Assembly: GCF_009914755.1 (NCBI RefSeq)
Contig: NC_060943.1
Length of the DNA stretch: 64,000 bases
Strand: one strand, 5' to 3'
From: the human T2T-CHM13v2.0 reference genome, Homo sapiens
Shown here: piece after piece, positions 1 to 23,591 of the stretch
Numbering within the stretch: the first letter of the stretch is position 1
Layout: every line of letters starts with the position of its first letter
Notes under the pieces: model-generated
Told to the model about the DNA's origin: nothing
The model's database searches: none
Seen by the model: only the letters and a program-made list of their open reading frames with translations
Program-made: the position numbers and the translations under genes

Positions 1-1105
<1,105 letters not shown>

Positions 1106-1546
1106 CATTTGTCTATTTTGAATCTTCCTTGCTTTTCTCTGTAGATGCAGATGCAGCCGGGGAGCTCATCTTGAGTGCATTCTCCACCTTTTCAGGGGCG
1201 ATCTTTCCATCTTAGTTTGTAGGGCCTGTCCCCATGTGTGTTCATTGGCCCCCGTTTCCGTGGTCTGGATGGACTGTCCTTGCAAGCTGTTGCTTGTCCT
1301 CCAAGGCGTGGATAGGCCCAGTGCCTGATGTCGGCCCCGTGGGCTGTTTGTAGCCTCTTACACTCATGGGCAGCTCCGTGCCGTCTCCGTTCCCAGACAT
1401 GAGTGTGTCTGTGGCTTGATTTATCTGTTGCTGTCTCTCAAGGCTGTGTGGTGTGGTGGCCGCATAGTGGCACCCTGGTGTTGGCCCTTGGTTGGGGGGA
1501 GTGTGTCTGCCACTCCCTGGTATCCTGCCCATGCCACCCTTTCTGA

Positions 1547-1777
<231 letters not shown>

Positions 1778-1988
1778 TAGGCTGGGCACCACTCATCACT
1801 CGTCCACTCATTGATTCAGCAGACACTTGCTGCAAGCCTTCTGCGTGCCAGGCTCCATCCTAAGCATGGCATTCGCCCCAGTGGAGGGGACAGGTGTCCG
1901 TCCCTGCCCCTGGAGTGCTCAGAATGGGGGGAAGTGGGACAAATGGGACAAAAAACAAGAAAGAAAATGTATAGTGTGTTAAATGTCA

Positions 1989-4870
<2,882 letters not shown>

Positions 4871-5660
4871 AATTTAAATACTACTTGTTAAGCCTATGGC
4901 AGGACTGGGCCAGGGGATGCCCATCACAAACAGTCCCTGTCCCCCGGGGCTTAGCACGTTACGTCATTTGTAACCAGTTGCCTTGCAGGGCCCTCCCTGC
5001 CCAGGCACTCTCACCATGGAGAAGCGCCACTGTTATCTGTGTCTCCTGTCAAGAGCTGGGCCTTCTTGCTTTAGCATTTTATCTGAGGGTCCAAGGTCCT
5101 CATGCAGACATGGGCGGTCTTTCTCGGTTCACGCCTTACAAGAGAACGGGAATTACGGTAATAGACTTCCCCCAGCCTGAATTCTGCACTTGGCTTTTCT
5201 CTTCTTGTTAAAGCAAAGCCTGGAGCCTTCTGTCTCCGCCTGGTGCAGCCCACAGACTGTTCATGTATCCCAGTGCCCATGGGGACACCCAGGGTTTTTT
5301 TGTTTGTTTGTTTGTTTGTTTGTTTTTGGCCTTAACCGATGCTTGTAAGTTCATCTGTGACTGTACAGGCAAGGATTCCTGCAGGGCAAAGACCCCAGCA
5401 GAGGGATCTTGGGTTAAGGAACATACGTGTTTAAAATTGATTTTTAATTTTTCATTTTATTTTATTTATGTATTTGGTGGTTTTTTTTGTTTTTGTTTTG
5501 AGATAGAGTCTCGCTCTGTCACCCAGGCTGAAGCGCAGTGGCATGATCTCAGCTCACTGCAACCTCCCAGGTTCAAGCGATTCTCCTGTCTCAGCCTCCT
5601 GAGTAGCTGAGATTACAGGCATGCGCCACCACACCCAGCAAATTTTTGTATTTTTAGTAA

Positions 5661-5822
<162 letters not shown>

Positions 5823-6115
5823 TAGAGTGCAGTGGTGCAATCCCGGCTCACCGCAGCCTCACCACTTGGGCTCAGGTGATCCTCCCACCACAGCCTCCCG
5901 AGTAGCTGGGAATAATACAGGTATGCGCCACCATGCCTAGCTAATTTTTGTATTTTTGTAGAGACAAGGTCTCACTATGTTACCTAGGCTGATCTTAAAC
6001 TCCTGACCTCAAGCAAACCGCCTGCCTGAACTTTCCAACTATGAGATCGCAGACGTGAACCACCACGCCTGGCCTTGTTTTTTTAATTTTTATTTATTTT
6101 ATTTTATTCTTTTGA

Positions 6116-6268
<153 letters not shown>

Positions 6269-6407
6269 TAAAGTATTTCTAGAGACTGGATCTCACTATG
6301 TTGCCCAGGCTGTCTCAAACTCCTTAGCTCAAGCGATCCTCCTACCTCAGCTTCCCGAAGTGATGGGATTACAGGAGTGCACCACCATGCCCAGCCCAAC
6401 TCCCCCT

Positions 6408-6570
6408 TTTTATAAGGACACCAGTTATATTGGCTATGAGCACACCCTGTGATATTCTCTTGACTGATTACATCTGCAGTGACCCTGTTTCCAAATAAGA
6501 GTACATTCCGAGGTACAGGGGGGCAGGATTCAACCCGAATTCCGCGGGACACCGACCAGCCGGTCACAAT
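6408..6570. mobile_element. MLT1 (MaLR) LTR fragment
   Basis: tataaggacaccag...ttacatctgcagtgaccctgtttccaaataag signature. Confidence 0.6.
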
Positions 6571-6748
6571 TGTCCAGAATGCTCTGATTGTGCAGCGTGG
6601 GTTGGGCCTGTAAATCACCTCCAGGGCCCCCAGGAGGCTGGTGCCCAGGTGTGCTTTGTCCCCTGTGGCTGAGAGCAGGTCCCCAGAGTCTCCATCCTTG
6701 CCTAACCCTCCCCCTCCCCCCGTCGCCCAGTCTGTTGTCTGTCATTAG

Positions 6749-6877
<129 letters not shown>

Positions 6878-6885
6878 TGAGGTCA

Positions 6886-7143
<258 letters not shown>

Positions 7144-7542
7144 TTAACCTAGGCCTTTGTGTGTCTCCTGGAAGGAAATTAAATGTGCACACCCTTTACT
7201 TCATGTGAGGAAAGAGATTTTGGGGATCTGGGCAGCTTGTGCTTGCCTCTCCCAGTTGGGGTATGAAGGAGACCCCCCTTTCTTTGGCAGCCCAGCCTTG
7301 GTGGCCCTGACAGTGGTCACCATTTGAGCAGTTCCCCTTTAGGAGCAAGTCCCCAGGTACTTCAGTAGATCATGATTTTTGGGAGGGAAACTGATGAAGG
7401 GAGACAGCCCAGTACCCTAAGGAGAGCAATTAGGAATGCTTAGGAAAACTAAAACGTGAACAAGATCATCCTACTTTTTTACTATTCACGATGCCAATAG
7501 GCAATGCTGAGAGACTCTTTTTAAGGGCCAGGCCCGTTCTAA

Positions 7543-7983
<441 letters not shown>

Positions 7984-8702
7984 TAAAGCCATCCTCTCAC
8001 CTCAGCATCCTAAAGTGCTAATATTGCAGGCATGAGCCACCGCACCCGGCCAATAAAACATTTTAACTTGTGTGAAACCAGGTGTCTTTGCAGAATTACC
8101 ATTAGTGGCAGCATTTTTTCTTTTTTTGTGGGCACACAAAATAACAGTGCATTTTAGGATCAGTGACTTCTTGGAGGTAATGAGATCTAAAAACATCTTC
8201 AGTCTCCACGAAGGAGGTAGATGTTGTTACCCTCAACCCATTTTGTAGATGAGGAATCGGAGGCTCAGAGGGGCAAAGTCCTGTCCAAGGCCTCACATCC
8301 CATCGATGGGTCAGGACCAACCCCAGCAGGCTGGGAGGTGGCGGGAACCTATGGAAGCCACCTGAATTGTGGGGAAGTGGCTACCTTTCCTTCCCAGCAT
8401 CCTGTAAATCAAGTTGAGCTTCAGGGCAGAGGTGCTGAGCTTTGACCCCTGAACTTCACTCCTGTCTTCTGCAAAGTGGGAGGAATAAGTGGGCCTTCTC
8501 AGATCGAATGGGTGAATAATCGGAACAGGCTTAGCTTGAGCCTGACTCGTAGCCAGCATTTGCCATTGGGAGCTCTTGAATTTGGTTTATTTGTCTTAAT
8601 ATAGACAGAAGACATTTTGCTGCTGAAAAATGGTAAAAGAACAGTAAACCCTGGCTTGACTTGGAACATCATTCCAGAGTAGTGTGGAAACCTCCGTTTT
8701 GA

Positions 8703-9005
<303 letters not shown>

Positions 9006-9349
9006 TGAGGTGTCCCCATGGGCTTCCTTTTCTGACACTCAGCTTTGAGGTTTTGGGCAGAACAATATGAAAACCCCTGTGTTTTTCCTCTGACAAAAGC
9101 CAATATACATTCTTTGCAAAATACATAGAAAATACAGATAAATTTACATGAGAAGATGTCCCTAGCATGTCATTGAAGAAGGAAAAAATAGGCATTGGAG
9201 CCAGCATGTGCAACATAGCACTGAGCTGATATATACAACATCCTTATGTATGAAACTGAACATGGATGTCTGTCTACAAGTGTTTCTTTGTATTTGCAAG
9301 GATGTTTGCAAAAATGTCAGCCCTGGGTGCTAGGATTTGGGACTTCTTT

Positions 9350-9353
<4 letters not shown>

Positions 9354-9390
<37 letters not shown>
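9354..9390. repeat. (GT)18 microsatellite
   Basis: Read directly from the sequence. Confidence 0.95.
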
Positions 9391-9391
<1 letters not shown>

Positions 9392-10382
9392 TTTGCTTGA
9401 AGTTTTATACTGTTTACAATGAGCACATAGCATTTTTTATTAAAAAAACAAACAGTTTTTTAAAATCAGAGGAGCAAGACCAAATGCAGTGGCTCACGCC
9501 TATAATCCGTGGGAGGCCAAGGGGGCCTGATCACTTGAGCCCAGGAGTTCAAGACCAGCCTGGGCAACATGGTGAAACCCCATCTCTACTAAAAATACAA
9601 AAATTATCCAGGTGTGGTGGCATGTGCCTGTAGTCCTAGCTACTTGGGAAGCTGAGGTAGGAGAATCACTTGAGCCCAGGAGGCAGAGGATGCAGCAATG
9701 AGCCAAGATGGCACCACCGCACTCCAGCCTCAGTGACAGAGCCAGACCCTATCTCAAAAAAAAACAAAAAAAACAAAAAGAAAGAAAAAAGAAAAAGCTG
9801 GGTGTGGTGGTGCATACTGATAGTCTGAAAAATCTAAGTTTACATGAATTTATATTCCCACCAATATGATGAGAGAGTTGGTGTCATGTCATGCTTTCTG
9901 AAACTGGGTTTTAATTAATTAATTTGTTTGTTTATTTTTATTTTTTTTGAGACAGGGTCTTGCTCTTTCACCCAGGCTGGAGTGCAGTGGTGCAATCACA
10001 GCTCACTGCAGCTTCGACCTTCCTGGGCTCGGATGATCCTCCCACCTCAGCCTCCCGAGTAGCTGGGACTATAGGCGTGCACCAGCCCACCTGGCCAATT
10101 TTTGTATTTTTAGTAGAGATGGGGTCTCACTATGTTGCCCAGGCTGGTCTCAAACTCCTGGGCTCAAGCCATCTGCCTGCCTTGGCCTCCCAAAGTGCTG
10201 AGATTACAGGTGTGAGCCACTGTATCTGGCCAGTTTTCAATTTTTTAAATAAAATTTTGACGAGTTAAATATTCTGCCTTGTGAATATAGCCACACGTGG
10301 GAGAGAACGTTCCCCAGATGCACGCCTGCCACGGGGGCGCCCCGGGTGCCTCCATGCATGTGCTTGGTTTGTCTCTTCTCAG

Positions 10383-10450
10383 ATGGAGTTTGACGAGAAG
10401 GACTTACGACGGGAGATCAGCTATGCCATTAAGAACATCCATGGAGTCAG
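10383..10450 (+). CDS. DNM2: Dynamin 2 exon 9, [23 protein letters not shown]; non-canonical GC donor
   Basis: tctcag| acceptor; 68 nt; donor CAG|GCAAGT is required for frame with exon 10a/10b. Confidence 0.95.
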
Positions 10451-10919
10451 GCAAGTTCCACGAGGAGAGTCACCACTGTTCCTTCCTCTCCGTGGTGCGA
10501 CCCCCCAGCTAATTGGGTCACCCACACCTCTGAGTCCCTAATCGTTAGGCCTTAAGAGGGCTCTTGGATGGTTTTCTGTAGCTGCGAGCCCCTCCCTGAG
10601 GGTCTCCAAGGGCACATGAGGGTGGATGTGTCTTAGTCCTGCGTCCATTGCAGGCTTCAGGGCTGTCTGCAGCTCCTGATCAAATAGGGCTTAGTTCCTG
10701 CCCAGTCGGTTGGTGTGAACCTCATGCTAAACTAAGAATGCTCACTGCAGATTTGCCTGGGGAGGGGCGGGGCGGCACTGAATCAGGGTTTTGGGAAGCC
10801 AGCATGAGTCCCCATCATGGCTTCCTCGTGAGCCTCTTGGGTCCCCTCCTTATTCTAACAAAGGTAGTTGCTCCAGGTGTCTGCCCTTCCATCGCCGTGG
10901 GGTCCTCGGGTCACCCTGA

Positions 10920-11237
<318 letters not shown>

Positions 11238-12390
11238 TGACCTTGTGGAAACGGGGGTACGGGGGTTTGGTATCAGGCTCCCAGCGCCTCATTGGCCCCC
11301 ACTGGTGCCTTTTCTCCCCATATCGCTTTGTGTCCGTGAACTTGGCCTCTCCCCAGAGGCTGGGGCAGGAGCATGTAGGCCTGGGCCCAGGCACACAGGG
11401 GAGTGCCAGGCCTCCTGGACTGGCCAGACAGATGCACAGTTGTCCCTGGGACCCTGATACCAAGCCTAGCATGTGTCTGATGAAATTGGGGTTTCACTGG
11501 GCTGTTGCTTTGCTGCCTCCTGGGAAGCAGAGAGGGACCCCCCGCGTCAACTGCTGGAGGCTGAGCTCCTTGAAGCTCCCTGGCTGTCACCCCTTCTTGA
11601 CCAATGCCCGGCATTCTCAGACTTCCCTGGAGCCACCGACTTCTCTGTCCCTCAGCTCCGGGAATGGCCTGAATGCCAGCGACATCATGAGAGCCAGCTG
11701 GGGTCCTAAGTGCCCCTGCCCACCCCCTGCACCCCACGCTGTCCCCCAGGGGCAGCCCATTTTTGGATCCACTTAGTCACAGTGCCTCTATGCGCTCTCG
11801 ACGAGCCACTGCCTCCACTCAGCAGGACGCGCCGGGCTCCCCCAACCCGCGCCAACGCCGCGGGCCTGGTTCCCAGGGCAGCACGCTTTGGCCAAGCAGC
11901 TGAAATGCCTCCCAGTGGGCAGTCTGTGCTTGCGCGACCACAGTGTCCCCAGCGCTCCGGGTTGCCAGGGAATTTCTGCTTGAGCCCCTCTGTTCTTAGT
12001 CTGGAAAAGCCCACATTTGCTGCTTAAGCTTCTTCGATTAGAAAAGGGAGGGGGAAAACAGTCCAAACAGGTTGGAAAACGCTCGTCCTAGAGCCAGGTG
12101 TCATGGACATGAATGTTAGAGGACTCCGCACACCTTGGCTGTCTGTCTGTGCAATGACAACCCCCCGTGGCCCTTCTGTAACTACACCCCAGACCGAGCC
12201 CACACCCCCAAACCCCAGACCTCTTTGATCCGAAGCAGCTTCCGGGGCAAATGCGGGCGCAGGCTCCCCCATGCATGGACTAATCAGATGACTCTCGTTT
12301 CTTCTCTTCTCTCTGTCTCCTGTCCTGCGTGTGTGGCCTGCACTGTCCCTGGGTGTCTTTCTGCCTCATCCTGCCCTCCGCATGACCCAG

Positions 12391-12529
12391 GACGGGGCTC
12401 TTCACCCCCGACATGGCCTTTGAAGCCATTGTGAAAAAACAGATTGTAAAACTCAAAGAGCCGAGTTTGAAGTGTGTTGATCTCGTGGTCTCAGAGCTGG
12501 CCACGGTCATAAAAAAGTGTGCCGAGAAG
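12391..12529 (+). CDS. DNM2: Dynamin 2 mutually exclusive exon 10b, [46 protein letters not shown]
   Basis: cccag| acceptor and AAG|gtaaca donor; same 139-nt length and phase as 10a; including both or neither shifts the frame. Confidence 0.96.
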
Positions 12530-13334
12530 GTAACAGGTTTTGTTCTCATCTCCGCATTTGTCCCCGTCCTCCCCCTCCATGTGTTAGTCTCAACCCGAGC
12601 ATCTGGAAAATTCAGCCTCGGCAGGAACCCCCTTCCGCCTACCAGTTGTCACTTAGAGATGTCGCCACCTTGCATTGGCAGATGGAATGGGGGGAGTGGC
12701 ATCACACGTGGGTTGTGGCTGCCCGTGGGGGCGGTCAGCCTTTGTTGTTGCCAAACGCATTGCATTTACTAAGCAGTGCCCTTTCCTGGAACCCCTAGAG
12801 AAAGGGGTTTCCCAGCCAGCACCAAAACAGCAAAACACAGGAAACACATCATCTGTATAGCCCTGCATGTTCTCACAGTCTAGGCCACCTGAGAGTAACC
12901 ATTCCATTTTCCCCGACTCGTGGACTTGACCCACACTGCAGAAGATGGGACTCCCCTGTGCATGAGGTCTGGTTAAGTTGGTGCTGCAGATGAAGCCTGG
13001 GGAGGTGGGGGCATTTGGCGAGTGTGTGCCACAGATACAGTGATCAGGAGTGGTTCTCTGCAAGGAGTTCCTATCGAGGCTGATGGCCCAGATACCCGCC
13101 TTACCATTCTAGAACAGACGCTACTCACTCACGCTGGCGAGGCCCTTCAGGGTTCCTGCTCTCACCCAGTGCTGGGCAAGAGGGGGGTGCCCTGAAGCCC
13201 TGCATGGCAAACATGCCCCTGCTTTTCTGCTTTCATGTTGCCTCCTGCCTCCTGCCCCCCGGTCACTGGCTGGAAAAGCAGCTCTGCTCTCCTGCTGTCT
13301 CCGGTCCACGGTGCCCCCACTCTTCTGCTCTTAG

Positions 13335-13613
<279 letters not shown>

Positions 13614-13652
13614 TAATTTACATGCAGTAAATGTCAAGTGTACTGTTCTGTG

Positions 13653-13916
13653 CATGCTGACAGCTGCATATGGCAAAGTAACCCTTACCTCAATCAAGAT
13701 ACAGAGCGGTTCCGTCACCTCCTAAAATCCCTGTCCCTATCATGCTGACAGCTGCATATGGCAAAGTAACCCTTACCTCAATCAAGATACAGAGCGGTTC
13801 CGTCACCTCCTAAAACCCCTGTCCCTATCATGCTGACAGCTGCATATGGCAAAGTAACCCTTACCTCAATCAAGATACAGAGCGGTTCCGTCACCTCCTA
13901 AAATCCCTGTCCCTAT
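13653..13916. repeat. 88-bp tandem repeat, 3 copies
   Basis: Units start at 13653, 13741 and 13829; I found one mismatch among the copies. Confidence 0.95.
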
Positions 13917-13953
13917 GCCCCTTTGTAGTCAACCTCTCAAAAACCCACAGGCC

Positions 13954-17001
<3,048 letters not shown>

Positions 17002-17142
17002 TCAGTAACGTGAGGCCCAGGGTCACACGGCCAATTAGTGGCTCAATCAAGACTCCAGACCTTGGGGACAGCGGCCCTGCCTGTGACTGGCACATTGGGC
17101 TGCGTGGCTGTGCTCTGTTGTCCCAGGCTCTGTTGCCTATGA

Positions 17143-17370
<228 letters not shown>

Positions 17371-18649
17371 TAGGTACTTTTAGAGACTGGCTGGTCGGGC
17401 GGCACCAATCCTCACTCTCAGATCCAAGGAGGTGACTGAGTTGGGATTCTCTGAGAGGGCAGGTGTCAGACAGTCTCTGTCGGGGGTCCTGGGGTGAAGG
17501 CAGAGCCAACTGAGAATATCTGGAAGCTCTCCTGGGCTGATAGTGGTCCACTGTCCCCAACCAACACGCCTTCTGTGAGGCATCCCCATGGTTAGTTTAG
17601 GGAGAGGGCAGTGCTATGTTCAGATCTGCAGGGAGAGGGGGAAGCCAGCCAGCTGCTGCACCCCCTCTCCTTCAGGACTTCTCAGAGCCTTTAGCGACCA
17701 GTGTGCAGCTTTTCCCAGACTCTGCCACTTCATGGACAGCATCTCATGGGCTCAGGGCTCCGGAAGCTGCTCTTTGGGAAATGCTGCCTGGGGTCTCCCT
17801 AGCTTCAAGGCATACACTGTAGATTTAAACCAGAACCTTCCGTGGCACCCAGATGAGGGCCCACATCGGGGAGCCCTGATTTCAGCAGGATGTCGATTCA
17901 GTGTGCGTGGTCTCAGGCATCACCCGCTGATTCCTTCAGCCCCTTGGCATGCTTAGGCCTCACTCAGATTGTTGGAGAGGCTCACGCAGGCCTTCCTGCC
18001 TGAGGCAGGCCGGGTGGTGCCGCTGGTATGCCCTCTCGCTGGGCCCTGTGATAGAGCAGTGGGCAAACCCACACCCAGCTCCCCACCCTCAGAGGAAGAC
18101 CACATGCAGGGAACCGATGGGGACCCAGGGCGTTAAGGTGTAGTGTGCTTAGTGCTGGGCGGGGCCGTGCAGGGCTTGTGGGTGTCCAGAGGGCGGCCAC
18201 TGGGCCTTGCCTTGAGGGGTCAGGCAGGCTTCCTAGGGGAGGGCCTCTAGAGCCAAATCTCAGGCTATGGAGTCACCAGATACAACATTTATCGGTGCAC
18301 CTGACAAAGCTGATTGAGGATCTGTTCCGTGCTGGGCACCAGGTAGGTGAGGAGAAGGGAGGAAGGAAAACGAAGGAATGAGGGCCTCATCAGAACCCCT
18401 CCTAGAGATGAGCCGAAGTCCCTGACTGGGCCTCCCCTGCCTGTGGGTGGCAGCCCCCGGCCCTGTGCTCCCGGCCGCCGGGTGTGTGTGGGCTCACAGC
18501 GCTGGTCCCCATCTTTGGTTTGCTGCTGTTTTCCTCACCTTGATGTCTCTGCTTCTCACACTTCATCCACAGTTCCTTCTCACAATCTCTCCTGTTTTTC
18601 CTTTGACCACTCTTTCCTCTGGATTCCTGGGCCTTCCCACTTACCCCAG

Positions 18650-18679
18650 CTGTTACTATACTGAGCAGCTGGTGACCTG
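18650..18679 (+). CDS. DNM2: Dynamin 2 alternative muscle exon 12b, inserts CYYTEQLVTC
   Basis: Long pyrimidine tract, cccag| acceptor and TG|gtgggt donor; 30 nt, phase 2-2, in frame between exons 12 and 13; fits the described skeletal-muscle exon 12b (recalled). Confidence 0.85.
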
Positions 18680-19417
18680 GTGGGTATTGCCTGCTGTGTG
18701 CCTTTGCCCTGGTGTGTGAACGGGGTACGCCCTGGCTGGGTGGCCCCAGCCCTGGGTGGGACATCCCTGGGGCCCGCTGAAGAGCTACGGGGTGCTCTCT
18801 CAGAGCCAGGGCCAGTGCTGGGCCTCTGGGCCAGGACCTTGACCGCACCAGCTGTAGCCCCTGCTGTTTCAGAGCCTGCAGGCTGGGGAGGTGGAGTCCT
18901 TAAACAAATTGTCACAAGGATGATGAGAGTAGGAAGAGAGGGTAGGGGATAGACTATGGGAAAGGGGAGCTGGGAATGTGGCCTGGAGAGATCTTCCTGA
19001 AGAAGTCAGGTGATGCCAGGGGGACCCAGAGAATTGGACCCAGGGAAGGAAGGCTACCAGACCAGGCAGGTAGAGGTAAGAGAGCCAGCGGCCAGGCCCC
19101 ATCGCCAGGAGGGCCCTGCAGGTCCAGGGGAGGATTTTGGATTTTCCCCCAAGACACCAGGATGCTTCTGATTAGATCCAGGCCCAGGAGAGGGGCCACC
19201 TTGTGGGCTGCTATTTGAGGGAGCCCTGGCAAGGATGGGAGCCAGGAGGCCCTTAGGAAATAGCACCTCTGGAACCTCACTGTCACCCAGCCATCACTGT
19301 GGAGGTTGGCTCAGCTCAGTGCCACCTCCTTCAGATGCTGTTGATGAAAATCCTTCTTGTGCTTGAATGTTCTGGGCTTCCCATTGCCCTCCAAATGTAT
19401 ATTATAAACAGGGCCCA

Positions 19418-23182
<3,765 letters not shown>

Positions 23183-23579
23183 AAACCATAATCTTCGCAA
23201 AATTTCTGCCTATGTCCCTCCCTTCTCCCCATTGGGCAGGGGTGGGGGCGGGGACTCCACCATGTACCTTGCACGATCATAGAGCCTACTGGAAGGAAGA
23301 ACGTAACCATTGCATGATTTATTTTTGCGCTTGCCGTAGGTAATACATATGTTGTTGCTTTTTTGTTTCTTGAGATAATAATGAATTAAATATTAACACC
23401 ATGAATATGATTAATAGCATGTAATTTTTTTTCTTTTGCTGTTTTTTCCCCTGCTCTTCTCTTCTCCTGTTTTTGTGCTTTTCCTGCTTTTTCTTTGTCC
23501 CCTTCACGTCCCTTCCATCTCTTTTCCTTTGCCTGCTCTTCCCTGATTTACCCACAACCCTAACTTTGCATATTCAAAG

Positions 23580-23591
23580 GGGGAGATCCTG
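23580..23591 (+). CDS. DNM2: Dynamin 2 alternative microexon 13b (13bis), GEIL
   Basis: caaag|GGG GAG ATC CTG|gtaagt; CCCTAAC branch point at 23558-23564. Confidence 0.93.
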
